IMG/VR virus record: IMGVR_UViG_3300037424_001491
Location: 1 to 50,313 of that record
Reading direction: 5' to 3' (one strand)
Source: a virus
Taxonomy: Duplodnaviria > Caudoviricetes
DNA: 50,313 nt
Shown: positions 27,405 through 36,712 of the stretch, piece after piece
How positions within the stretch are numbered: the first letter of the stretch is position 1
Layout of the letters: each line of letters begins with the position of its first letter
Translations under genes and position numbers: made by a program
The notes under the pieces: model-generated
What the model was told of the DNA's origin: nothing
The model's input: the letters and a program-made list of their open reading frames with translations, nothing else
Database searches by the model: none

Positions 27405-28717
27405 AACTGAGTTTCGACCAGCTGCGCGACAGGATTTACGCGGCGCTCAACCCCCAGGGCGATAATCGCCCGGTGCGGTGGGTGCGCGAACTCTACGACG
27501 ACCGCGCGATCGTGCAGGAGGAGAAGAGCTACGATCTCTTCAGCATCCCTTACACCGTGGACGAGGCAGGGGTGGTGACCCTCGGCGATCCGACGCGGGT
27601 GGAGGTGGAGTACGTGCGCGCCGAACGGACCGTGGAGCTTGCGTTCAAGGATGGCTCGGGCGTACCGACGGAGATACAGGTGATCCCCTTTGGCCGTCAC
27701 GAGACGGACAAGGGCGTCTTCGTGCTCGACGAGGAGGGCGCGGCCTCGGTGCTCGCGGCCTTCGAGGCCAAGGTAAACGACATGGTGATCGACTACGAGC
27801 ACGCGACGCTCTACGGCGGCGAGGCCCCTGCCGCCGGGTGGATCAAGCGGCTCGTGAACAAGGGAAGCGAGGGCATCTGGGCCGTGGTGGAGTGGACCGG
27901 ACGTGCCCGGCGGTATCTCGAGAACAGGGAGTACCGCTACCTCTCGCCCGTGTTCCTGAAGACGCTGGAGGGGGGCCGCGTGGTGCGGCTCCTGCACGCC
28001 GGGCTCACGAACCTGCCAGCCATAGACGGGATGGTGCCGGTGGTGAATAAATCAGACCAACTCAAACCGAAGAAGGAGGTATCACGCATGAAACTGCTGC
28101 AGACGATCTGCAAGCTCCTCGGCCTGCCCGAGGGGACAACGGAGGAACAGGCCACGGAGGCGGTCGGGGCCATGAAGGCGCGCACGGACGCGCTCGCACC
28201 GGCCATGGAGGCCCTCGCGCTGAAGGAGGGATCCACGGCGGACGACGTGAGGGGCGCGCTCGCGCTCCGGGCCGTGGCGCACAGGGACGTGCTCGGCGCG
28301 CTCGGCCTCAAGCCGGAGGCGACGCTCAGCGAGGTGGTCGGGACGGTCACGGCCATGAAGCAGGGCGCGGATCAGGGCGTGGACCTCGCCGGGCGCGTCA
28401 AGGATCTCGAGGGCAAGCTCCGCGCGGGCGAGGCGGCCGAGGCCGTGGCCGCTGCCATGAAGGCCGGGAAGATCAGCGCGGCCCAGCGCGACTGGGCCAC
28501 GGAGTACGCGACCAACGATCCCAAGGGGTTCGCGGTCTTCGCCGCGAAGGCCCCGCAGGCCGTCCCGGTGGGGAGCGGAGGCATGGGTGGCGCGTCGCAG
28601 GGTGGCGGCATGAAGGTGGGCGCGGCGCAGCTCACGGCCGAGGATCTCATGGTCTGCAAGCAGATGCAGATCAAGCCCGAGGACTACGCCGCCTCTCTCA
28701 CCGCGACGGGCGAATAA
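27401..28717 (+). CDS. Prohead protease (Mu gpI) with scaffold; probable internal scaffold start at 28088
   Basis: VIDYEHAT, APAAGWI, VEWT, EYRYLSPVF, GLTNLPA; AAGGAGGT RBS before an in-frame ATG at 28088. Confidence 0.88.
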   Translation: MKLSFDQLRDRIYAALNPQGDNRPVRWVRELYDDRAIVQEEKSYDLFSIPYTVDEAGVVTLGDPTRVEVEYVRAERTVELAFKDGSGVPTEIQVIPFGRHETDKGVFVLDEEGAASVLAAFEAKVNDMVIDYEHATLYGGEAPAAGWIKRLVNKGSEGIWAVVEWTGRARRYLENREYRYLSPVFLKTLEGGRVVRLLHAGLTNLPAIDGMVPVVNKSDQLKPKKEVSRMKLLQTICKLLGLPEGTTEEQATEAVGAMKARTDALAPAMEALALKEGSTADDVRGALALRAVAHRDVLGALGLKPEATLSEVVGTVTAMKQGADQGVDLAGRVKDLEGKLRAGEAAEAVAAAMKAGKISAAQRDWATEYATNDPKGFAVFAAKAPQAVPVGSGGMGGASQGGGMKVGAAQLTAEDLMVCKQMQIKPEDYAASLTATGE

Positions 28718-28748
28718 CCAACAACGAGACATCAGGAGGTATATCGAC

Positions 28749-29156
28749 ATGGCAGCTCTCACGAAGGACCGCAGCACCCCCCGCAGGGACGGGGATACGA
28801 TCAACGTGCCCGTGGCGGCATCCGCAAGTATCTTCGCCGGGGCGCTCGTGGCCGTGAACGCGACGGGGTACGCCACGCCCGGGGCCACCGCCACGACGCT
28901 CCGTGGCATCGGGCGGGCCGAGGCCGCGGCGGACAACTCCGCCGGGGCCGACGGGGCGATCAGCGTGGATGTGCGCACGGGCGCTTTCCGGTTCGGCAAC
29001 AGCGCGGCGGCCGACGAGATCACCCGCGCCCAGATCGGCGCGAACTGCTACATCGTGGACGACCAGACCGTGGCCAAGACGGACGGCACCGGGACGCGGA
29101 GCGTCGCGGGCACGGTCTTCGACGTGGACTCGGACGGCGTCTGGGTCAAGTTCTAA
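28749..29156 (+). CDS. Head decoration/cement protein
   Basis: Small Ala/Gly-rich ORF between protease and capsid; CYIVDDQTV. Confidence 0.7.
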   Translation: MAALTKDRSTPRRDGDTINVPVAASASIFAGALVAVNATGYATPGATATTLRGIGRAEAAADNSAGADGAISVDVRTGAFRFGNSAAADEITRAQIGANCYIVDDQTVAKTDGTGTRSVAGTVFDVDSDGVWVKF

Positions 29157-29194
29157 CCCAATAACCAATTATCAGCAAGGAGGATATACAGGCA

Positions 29195-30070
29195 ATGATT
29201 ATCAACCAGGCATCGCTTCAGGCGATCTACCAAAGCTTCAGCATGGTCTTTCAGTCCGCGTTCGATGCGGTGAAGCCCATGTACACGGCCGTGGCCATGG
29301 TCGTGCCGTCCTCGGTGCGCGAGAACACCTATGCGTGGCTCGGGGCCTTCCCGAAGATGCGCGAGTGGGTGGGCGAGCGCATCGTCAAGAACCTCTCGCT
29401 CCACAAGTACTCCATCGCGAACAAGGACTGGGAGTTGACCGTGGAGGTTGACCGCAACGACATCGAGGACGACGCCATCGGCGTCTATAACCCCATCGTG
29501 CAGGAGCTTGGCCGCTCGGCGGGCGTGCATCCCGACGAGCTCGTCTTCAGCGTGCTGGCATCGGGCTTCGCCACGGCCTGCTTTGATGGGCAGTACTTCT
29601 TCGACACGGATCACCCCGTGGGCTCCGGCGTCGTGAGCAACACGGGCGGCGGCGCGGGCGCGGCGTGGTTCCTGCTCGACACATCCAAAGCCATGAAGCC
29701 GCTGATCTTCCAGTCCCGCCGCGAGGTAGGCTTTATCTCCAAGGATCGCCCGGAAGACGAGAACGTCTTCATGCGCAAGAAGTACCTCTACGGCGTGGAT
29801 CGGCGCGACAACGCGGGCTTCGGCCTCTGGCAGCTCGCCTGGGGCTCCAAGCAGACGCTGGACGCCGCAGCCTATGCCGCAGCCCGCGCCGCGATGATGA
29901 GCTTTAAGGACGAGGCGGGCAAGCCCCTCGGCGTGACGCCGACCCTGCTTGTGGTGCCGCCCACGCTTGAGAGCGCTGCGCGCGCGATCCTCATGAACGA
30001 GCGCGACGCGGGCGGGGCCACGAACCCGTGGTGGAAGACGGCCGAGCTGCTCGTGGTGCCGTGGCTGTAA
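29195..30070 (+). CDS. Major capsid protein (Mu gpT-like)
   Basis: YAWLGAFPKMREWVGER, DIEDD, CFDGQYFFDTDHPV, GFGLWQLA. Confidence 0.93.
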   Translation: MIINQASLQAIYQSFSMVFQSAFDAVKPMYTAVAMVVPSSVRENTYAWLGAFPKMREWVGERIVKNLSLHKYSIANKDWELTVEVDRNDIEDDAIGVYNPIVQELGRSAGVHPDELVFSVLASGFATACFDGQYFFDTDHPVGSGVVSNTGGGAGAAWFLLDTSKAMKPLIFQSRREVGFISKDRPEDENVFMRKKYLYGVDRRDNAGFGLWQLAWGSKQTLDAAAYAAARAAMMSFKDEAGKPLGVTPTLLVVPPTLESAARAILMNERDAGGATNPWWKTAELLVVPWL

Positions 30071-30137
30071 TCACCCGTGAGGGGGTGCACGCGCACCCCC
30101 TCCGTTAACCCTCAACCGGAAAGGAGGCTCATACACG

Positions 30138-30641
30138 ATGAGTCCGGCAGACAACACAGCAAGCACCACCGCAACCCATAAGCTCCGGGTCTCGGTGATA
30201 CACAAGGGTAAGGGCCCGGCCCGCTGTTTCTGGCGCGGCGGGGTCTACGTGACCGCAGAGGAGCAGGACGTGGAGGTCACGGACGAGGAGGCCGGGCTCC
30301 TGCGCGCCGACACGCTCGTGCGCGTGAGGGCTCTGCCCGCATCGGCGAACGTGACCGTAACCTCGGAGAAGGCAAAGGCCGCGCTCCGCGAGGCCGGGAG
30401 GCAGAGGCTCGTGGATCTCCCGCCCGACGGGGCCGACCGCGTGCAGCTCATCACGTGGGCGATCAACACCATCGACCCGTCCGCCGAGGGCGCATGGACC
30501 ACGGACGGACGTCCGCAGGTGGACGAGGTCAACGCGGCGCTTGAGAAGGTCGAGACGCTCCCCGAAGAGCGCATCACGGCCAGGGAGCGCGATGCTGTCT
30601 GGGGCGCGATGGGCCACGAGCAGGCCGGGGCCGGAGAGTAA
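30138..30641 (+). CDS. Mu gp35-like protein
   Basis: FWRGG and WTTDGRPQV motifs; position after the capsid gene. Confidence 0.6.
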   Translation: MSPADNTASTTATHKLRVSVIHKGKGPARCFWRGGVYVTAEEQDVEVTDEEAGLLRADTLVRVRALPASANVTVTSEKAKAALREAGRQRLVDLPPDGADRVQLITWAINTIDPSAEGAWTTDGRPQVDEVNAALEKVETLPEERITARERDAVWGAMGHEQAGAGE

Positions 30642-30644
30642 TCC

Positions 30645-31079
30645 ATGCCCTACTGCACTCAGACGGAGATCGAGAAGCTTATCCCGCGCGCACTGCTCGT
30701 CGAGCTGACCGACGACGAGAACCTCGGGGGCGTGAACCTCGACCGCCTGGACGAGGCCATCTCGCAGGCGGACGCGGAGATCGACGCGTACATATCGCGG
30801 CGCTACAGCGTGCCGGTCGAGCCGGTGCCCGCGCTCCTGCGGAAGCTCTCGGGAGACATGGCCGTCTACCACCTCTACTCCCGCACGGTTCAGAGCATGC
30901 CCGAGGTCAGGCGCGAGCGGTACACGGACGCGGTCAGGCGGCTTGAGGCCATCGCCCGGGGTATCGCCGGGCTCGGTATTGCCGAAGAGCCCGCGCCCGC
31001 GGCCCAGCAGTCCGGGGCCGAGACCAACGTGACGAGCGGCAGCCAGGTCTTCACTCGCGGCTCGATGGAGGGGTACTAG
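30645..31079 (+). CDS. Head-tail adaptor (Mu gp36/DUF1320)
   Basis: ADAEIDAYISRRYSVP, RYTDAVRRLEAIARG. Confidence 0.88.
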   Translation: MPYCTQTEIEKLIPRALLVELTDDENLGGVNLDRLDEAISQADAEIDAYISRRYSVPVEPVPALLRKLSGDMAVYHLYSRTVQSMPEVRRERYTDAVRRLEAIARGIAGLGIAEEPAPAAQQSGAETNVTSGSQVFTRGSMEGY

Positions 31080-31083
31080 GATC

Positions 31084-31863
31084 ATGGCGATCGAGGCCAC
31101 CCGGCTCGACACCATCCTCACCCCCGCGCTTCTAAGCGCCCCGCGCGCCTATTACCGCATGGAGGAGCCCGCGTGGGACGGGCTCGGCGGAGACGTGAAG
31201 GACTCCTCGGGCAACGCGCGCCACGCATCGAGCGCGGGCGGCGCGACCACCGTGGACACGGGCAAACTCGGGCGATGCGGGAATTTCGTCGAGGCACTGA
31301 ACCAGTACGTGAGCTTCCCGCTCTCCGTGTTCAACCAGGACGCGGGCACATGGGCGTGCTGGGTGAAGATGGATCCGGCCACCTCGGACGTGAGGCTCTT
31401 CAACTCCCTCGCCTCGGGCGGGGCTTACTCGTACTTCAGGACGTTTCTCTCGGGCGGGGTGAACCTCGTCTGGGTCGTTGGCAACGGCACCATCAACATA
31501 AGCTTAACCCTCGGGGCTTTCACCCTCGGCGCGTGGCATCTGGTCATAGGCACGTGGGAGTACCGCCCCGGCACGAACGACACGGTCATCAAGGGCTACA
31601 TAGACGGCGTGTCTGGCAACACGCAATATCTGCCGGGCAAGGTCTTTGTCCCGGACACATCGCTCACGACCATGGTATGGGCGTCGTCCAAGACCACCGG
31701 GCTCCTCGACGAGTTCGGCATCTGGGGCCGCGCTCTCTCCGCCGACGAACGCGCCGCGCTCTACAACGCCGGGGCCGGGCGGATCGTCCCCGCGCAGACG
31801 TTCAACCTTGATCGCCTTGATGCGACCATTAACAGCGACCAACTGGAGGTGACTCTGCTATGA
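31084..31863 (+). CDS. LamG/ConA-like domain virion protein
   Basis: AYYRMEE, TWACWVK, WHLVIGTW, GYIDG, GLLDEFGIWGRALS. Confidence 0.8.
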   Translation: MAIEATRLDTILTPALLSAPRAYYRMEEPAWDGLGGDVKDSSGNARHASSAGGATTVDTGKLGRCGNFVEALNQYVSFPLSVFNQDAGTWACWVKMDPATSDVRLFNSLASGGAYSYFRTFLSGGVNLVWVVGNGTINISLTLGAFTLGAWHLVIGTWEYRPGTNDTVIKGYIDGVSGNTQYLPGKVFVPDTSLTTMVWASSKTTGLLDEFGIWGRALSADERAALYNAGAGRIVPAQTFNLDRLDATINSDQLEVTLL

Positions 31864-32195
31864 GCCTGTCCGCACTGACACTGATCAAGGGCGAGACCGC
31901 CCCGCTCAGGTTTCAGCTCACCGAGGCGGGCGCGCCCAAGGACATCACGGGCATGAGCTTCACCCTCGGCGTCAAGCTCCACCCCGAGGACGCGGCCTAT
32001 GCCATCGGCCCGCTTGAGGGCTCCATCGAGGACGCTGCCAGCGGGATCGTCTCCGTGCCGAACCCGGCAGCCTCGGCAGCCTCGGCGGTCTCGGGCGTGT
32101 ACGAGCTCGTGATGTTCGACGGCGTGGGCGGGCGCGCCACGATCACCCCCCCGCTCGGAATCCAGATCCGCGTGGCCGAGAATATCGTGGACTAG
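31860..32195 (+). CDS. BppU-N-like beta-sandwich protein
   Basis: KGETAPLRFQL...DITG...GIVS...GVYEL pattern. Confidence 0.5.
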   Translation: MSLSALTLIKGETAPLRFQLTEAGAPKDITGMSFTLGVKLHPEDAAYAIGPLEGSIEDAASGIVSVPNPAASAASAVSGVYELVMFDGVGGRATITPPLGIQIRVAENIVD

Positions 32196-32199
32196 AAAT

Positions 32200-32619
32200 A
32201 TGGTCACGACCAGGGATATCGAGGACGCGCTTATCGGCCTGCTTGAGGCCAGCGGGGTGTTCGAGCAGGTCGGCTCGGCGGTGGAGGCCGAGGTGCCCGA
32301 GGCCAAGCGCTACCCCTCGGCCTTCGTCTACTTCGGCGGCGACCGCGACAGCACCACGGGGGCACGCCCGGCCCCGGAGATGGAGTGGGGCGTGCTGGTC
32401 TTCGGGCGGAACCTGCGCAGCCCTGCCGAGGCCGCGCGGAGCATGTACGCCGTGCTCGACGCGGCCCGCGACGCGGTCAACGGCAAGCGGGGCGGTCTCG
32501 CGGACATCGAGCCCTTCCGGGTGGTCTCCCGCGCGATCATGGACTACAAGGGCGGCGTGGTCGTCTACGAGTTTACCGTACACACGGGCCAGCAGCTGCC
32601 CTTAATCACGATGGAATAG
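32200..32619 (+). CDS. Tail terminator (Mu gp37-like)
   Basis: IEDALI, YPSAFVYFGG, YAVLDAARDAVNG. Confidence 0.7.
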   Translation: MVTTRDIEDALIGLLEASGVFEQVGSAVEAEVPEAKRYPSAFVYFGGDRDSTTGARPAPEMEWGVLVFGRNLRSPAEAARSMYAVLDAARDAVNGKRGGLADIEPFRVVSRAIMDYKGGVVVYEFTVHTGQQLPLITME

Positions 32620-32633
32620 AGGAGGATGAATCC

Positions 32634-32768
32634 ATGGCGAAGGATCAGAAGGTAAAGGAGCCGCCCCCGGCGAGCGTGAAGGAAACAGTGCGCGAGGGCG
32701 GCCTCCGGGTGGACGGAGCCCCGGAGATAAAACAGCAGGAGGAGGTGCCGGATGGAACTGGCAAGTAG
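32634..32768 (+). CDS. Small hypothetical protein before the tail tube
   Basis: GAGGAGG RBS; overlaps the tail tube start. Confidence 0.45.
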   Translation: MAKDQKVKEPPPASVKETVREGGLRVDGAPEIKQQEEVPDGTGK

Positions 32769-33696
32769 GGGCGTAATTCTCGTGAAGAAGGAGGCGACAT
32801 ACGGGACGGATCCCGCGCCCACGGAGGTGAACGCGGTGGTGGCCACGGGCATATCGTGGAAGGCGCAGGGCGAGAAGGTCGCGCGCAACGCGGCCGGGCC
32901 GTCCATGTCGCCCTGGGCGCACAGGATCGGCGTGCGCAGCGCGGAGATATCCTTCGACGTGGATCTGCGCGGCTTCGGCTCGGCGTACAGCGCGGTGAAC
33001 CTCCCGGAGACGGACGCCCTCCTCAGAGCCTGCGGCCTCGCGCCCACGGTGGTCACCACGCCGGGGGCCGAGAAGGTCACGTACAACCCCGCCAGCACCG
33101 CGCACGAGTCGTGCGCCATCTGGTTCTATGACGGCGGGGTGCTGTACAAGCTCGCCGGGTGCAGGGGCGACGTGGAGTTCGGGCTGGAGGTGGGTAAGGC
33201 AGGCTCGGCCAAGTTCAGCATGAGCGCGCTGTTCGCCAAGCCCGCGACCGCCGTGCTCGTCACGCCCACCTGGCTCAACCCCACGGTGCAGCCCCCGGTT
33301 TTCCTCTCGGGCGCGTTCACTCTCGGCGCGTATGCGGCCGTGGTCTCGAAGCTCGGGCTCAAGATGGGCAACACCATCGGGAAGCGCATGTCGGCCAACG
33401 AGGCCACGGGCGTCAAGGAGATACTCATCACGGGCCGCGCGCCCTCGGGGAGCGTGGATCCGGAGATGGAGCTGATCGCCGCGAAGGACTTCTTCACCGA
33501 GTGGCTCGCCGGGACTCCCCAGGCCGTGCTGGCCACGCTCGGGGACACGCAGTATAACCGCGTGAAGTTCTCCGCGCCCAAGGCGCAGTACGATTCCGTG
33601 GCCCTCGCGGATCGCGACGGAGTCCGCACGCTCGACCTGCCCTTCGAGTGCAAGCGCACCTCGGGCGACGACGAGATACAAATAACCTTTGACTAG
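32752..33696 (+). CDS. Major tail tube protein
   Basis: KKEATYGTDP, LLRACG, ITGRAPSGSVDPE, DEIQITFD; no sheath gene present. Confidence 0.82.
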   Translation: MELASRGVILVKKEATYGTDPAPTEVNAVVATGISWKAQGEKVARNAAGPSMSPWAHRIGVRSAEISFDVDLRGFGSAYSAVNLPETDALLRACGLAPTVVTTPGAEKVTYNPASTAHESCAIWFYDGGVLYKLAGCRGDVEFGLEVGKAGSAKFSMSALFAKPATAVLVTPTWLNPTVQPPVFLSGAFTLGAYAAVVSKLGLKMGNTIGKRMSANEATGVKEILITGRAPSGSVDPEMELIAAKDFFTEWLAGTPQAVLATLGDTQYNRVKFSAPKAQYDSVALADRDGVRTLDLPFECKRTSGDDEIQITFD

Positions 33697-33709
33697 GAGG
33701 CAACACACG

Positions 33710-34201
33710 ATGAGGATACTGAGCCCCACGCACCAGAACGAGCTGGCCATCGACGACGCAGTGAGCGGCGGCGAGGTGGTCCTGTATTACCGCACGCCCA
33801 CGCCGCGCGAACGCGCCGGGTTCCTTGCCATGACCATCCTGCGCAAGGGCAAGAAGGTCAAGCTCAACGCATATGCCGCGCGCGAGGAGTACGGCCTTGA
33901 GATCCTGACCGGGTTCCGCGAGGGCGACTACGGCGTGCCCGGCGCGTCCGGAGAGCCCGAGCCCGTCTCGTCCGACCCGGCCTCGCCCCACTACCGCACG
34001 GACTGGAAGGCCCTGATCCGCGATCTCGCGGGCGACCACATCCAGACGCTCGCCTACGTGGTTTTCGAGGGCGCGCGCGCATCCGTGGATATGGAGATGG
34101 ACGGCGAGGACGACGGGGACGGCGGCGGCCATGCGGGAGAGGACGTCCACGCTCCCGCCGTGGACGGCGGAGGCCACGAGACCGGCCCTTTGGGGAGCTA
34201 G
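33710..34201 (+). CDS. Tail assembly chaperone G
   Basis: Between tube and TMP; acidic C-terminus ending at a slippery site. Confidence 0.75.
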   Translation: MRILSPTHQNELAIDDAVSGGEVVLYYRTPTPRERAGFLAMTILRKGKKVKLNAYAAREEYGLEILTGFREGDYGVPGASGEPEPVSSDPASPHYRTDWKALIRDLAGDHIQTLAYVVFEGARASVDMEMDGEDDGDGGGHAGEDVHAPAVDGGGHETGPLGS

Positions 34202-34482
34202 ACGTCCGTGCCGAACTCGACCTATTCCTCGACCAGTGCAACGACGCCCGCAGGGCGCGTTGCACCAGCCGGAGCGGCCCGCTGCTCGATGCGGTCTGCC
34301 ACGGCTGCCCGCGCAGGGGCTACAGGCCGGGCGAGTACCTCTCGCTCCTCTGGTGGATATACCGGCTCCAGGTGGCCGGGTTCGACTGGAACGGCCTCCT
34401 GGAGATCGAGCAGTGGGAGGACCTCGCGGTGATCGTGGAGGAGATGGAGCTGAGAAAGCTGAGGCTGATCCATGGCAGGTAA
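34186..34482 (+). CDS. -1 frameshift extension (GT-type chaperone); slippery C CCT TTG at 34186-34192
   Basis: The -1 frame is open to TAA 34482 (ELDVRAELDLFLDQC...WEDLAVIVEEMELRKLRLIHGR) with no own start. Confidence 0.8.
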   Translation, partial: PFGELDVRAELDLFLDQCNDARRARCTSRSGPLLDAVCHGCPRRGYRPGEYLSLLWWIYRLQVAGFDWNGLLEIEQWEDLAVIVEEMELRKLRLIHGR

Positions 34483-36712
34483 CAGGAACAGGGTGACGCT
34501 CGTGATCGACGCCGACGGCCGCGCGGCCATCGAGGCCGTGGATAGCGTCGACCGGAAGGTCGCGGACTCGGGCGAAAAGGCCGCGCGGCAGAGCGCGGGG
34601 TTCGCCGAGCGGATCAAGGGCCAGTGGCTCGGGGTGAGCGCGGCGGTGTACTCGGCGTACAGAACAGCGGTGACTGCCTTCGACTTAGGCGAGGCAGCGG
34701 CCAATTACCAACAGTCGCGCCAGGCGTTCAGGGGTATGGTGCGCGCCATGGGCCGCGACGCGGAGCAGGAATTCGCGCGCATCAAGGCTGCCTCGGCAGG
34801 GCTCATCCCTGACAACACCCTCGTGGAGGCCACGAACCGGGCCATGTCCCTCGGCATCCCGATCCAGCACCTCGGCGCGCTCATAGAGATCTCGCGCGCA
34901 AAGGCGCGGGACATGGGCATCAGCATGACGTATGCATTCGACAGCCTGGTTACGGGTATCGGGCGCGCCAGCCCGCTCATGATCGACAATCTCGGGATCT
35001 CGCTCAAGATCGGCGAGGCCAACGCGGCTTACGCCAGGAGCATCCATAAGACCGTGGATCAGCTCACGGAACAGGACAGGAAGATGGCCGTGTTGAACGC
35101 CACCATCGAGGCTGGCACGGAAGCGCTTGGCCGCCATAATCTGGAGATCCTGACCCAGGCCGAGAAGTATCAGGCATTCAAGGTGCAAGGGCAAAATATC
35201 CTGCTCTTCCTCGGCGACATCGTGAACAGGGCCTTTGCCCTCGTGGCTGGCTCGGCCAAGTGGCTCGCCGCCGGGCTCTTCGGCCTGCTCGACTTCCTCG
35301 GGCGCGGGTTCGAGGCAGTGGCGTCCATCGCCCTGTTCGCCCTTGGCGGGATTATCAAAGGCTTCGACTTCCTCTCGGCGGGCGCGTTGATCGCGAGCGA
35401 TTACGTGGGGCGGTTCTTCGACGCCACCGAGGCCATGGCCTATTCCACCGGGGCCGCCGTGCTCGATTTTTTTAGCTCGTGGCTCACGGGCGCGGGGCTG
35501 CTCGCCAAAGCCTCGGACAAAGTCGGGCTCACGGATAATATCTCCGGCAGGTTCACCGCGTGGGCGGAGACCGTCAGCGGCTGGCAGGCCAAGATGACTG
35601 CGGGTGCGGAGCGCCACGCGGAGTCCGCATACAAGCCCGGCGCGGCCTATGCCGCCGGGATGGAGCTACTTAAGAAGCCCGGCGGAGAAGCCGCCGTGGT
35701 GCTTGAGCAAATGTCCATGAAGCTCGGGGAATCAGCCGAGCAGACCGGGCGGTTCTGGGAGTACGCCATGGACATGGCAGGCGAGGCAGCGGACAATTTA
35801 TCGCTGGTGATCGGCAGCCAGAGCGAGACCACGGAACGGCACGTGCGCGCTGTGTCCACTGTGGTGATGGCCGAGCTTGACGAGGTCAGAGACAAAGCTC
35901 TCGGCACCATGGACGCGATTGAGGACGCCCTGAAGCTGGCGGAGTCCCGGATGCAGGCGTATATGGATCGCATCAATGAGGTTAAGGGCCTGCTGAACGA
36001 GACCAACTCGCTCATGGGCGGTGACCTCGGGCGGGGGATGTCCATGATGACCGAAGGCATGCTCGACTTCGGCGGCGTCGCGAACAGTCAGATGCTGTTC
36101 GACCAGCAAATTGAGGCCCTCAAGAGGTTCCACGAGGAAGAAGTGGAAGCGGAGGCGGCCAAGGGGGCGAAAATGGCCGACCTGCAACAGAAACAAGCGG
36201 ATTTCGAGATGCAGTTGGACGGGATGATGATGCAGCGCAAGATGCAGATGTACGCGGCCACGGCCAACATGGCCTTCGGCGCGCTGTTCTCTATTATGGC
36301 TGTGACGAAGTCCTCCCAGAAATCCATGTTCTACGCTCAACAGGCATACGCCCTGACTATGGCTGGTATAAACATAGCTCAGGGTGTAACTGCCGCCCTA
36401 GCTGCGGGCCCGGGCTTCGCGTGGATGATACCGGTTATTAAGGGTATAGGCGCGGCGCAGATAGCGGCGATTGCGGCGGCCACACTCATGGGGCCGCCTT
36501 CGGTGCCGAGCGCGTCCATGGCTGGCTCCGGCCCCGGCTCCACGTCCACCACGCCCGGCGGGATCGCCGCTGCGGAACCAGCGCCCGCGCGCGAGCCGAA
36601 TATCGTGGTGAACGTGTACCCGCAGAACGTCTTCGGGCAATCGACCGACGACGTGGCGCGCGACATCTACACGAGCGTCGAGAAGCTCCGCAAGGACGGG
36701 CTCACCGCATGA
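34472..36712 (+). CDS. Tail tape measure protein
   Basis: 746-aa Ala-rich helical protein; GIGRASPLMIDNLGI. Confidence 0.88.
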   Translation: MAGNRNRVTLVIDADGRAAIEAVDSVDRKVADSGEKAARQSAGFAERIKGQWLGVSAAVYSAYRTAVTAFDLGEAAANYQQSRQAFRGMVRAMGRDAEQEFARIKAASAGLIPDNTLVEATNRAMSLGIPIQHLGALIEISRAKARDMGISMTYAFDSLVTGIGRASPLMIDNLGISLKIGEANAAYARSIHKTVDQLTEQDRKMAVLNATIEAGTEALGRHNLEILTQAEKYQAFKVQGQNILLFLGDIVNRAFALVAGSAKWLAAGLFGLLDFLGRGFEAVASIALFALGGIIKGFDFLSAGALIASDYVGRFFDATEAMAYSTGAAVLDFFSSWLTGAGLLAKASDKVGLTDNISGRFTAWAETVSGWQAKMTAGAERHAESAYKPGAAYAAGMELLKKPGGEAAVVLEQMSMKLGESAEQTGRFWEYAMDMAGEAADNLSLVIGSQSETTERHVRAVSTVVMAELDEVRDKALGTMDAIEDALKLAESRMQAYMDRINEVKGLLNETNSLMGGDLGRGMSMMTEGMLDFGGVANSQMLFDQQIEALKRFHEEEVEAEAAKGAKMADLQQKQADFEMQLDGMMMQRKMQMYAATANMAFGALFSIMAVTKSSQKSMFYAQQAYALTMAGINIAQGVTAALAAGPGFAWMIPVIKGIGAAQIAAIAAATLMGPPSVPSASMAGSGPGSTSTTPGGIAAAEPAPAREPNIVVNVYPQNVFGQSTDDVARDIYTSVEKLRKDGLTA

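Noticed and set aside
30079-30102. Intrinsic terminator after the capsid gene
   Set aside because: A perfect 10-bp stem, but no U-tract; function unsupported
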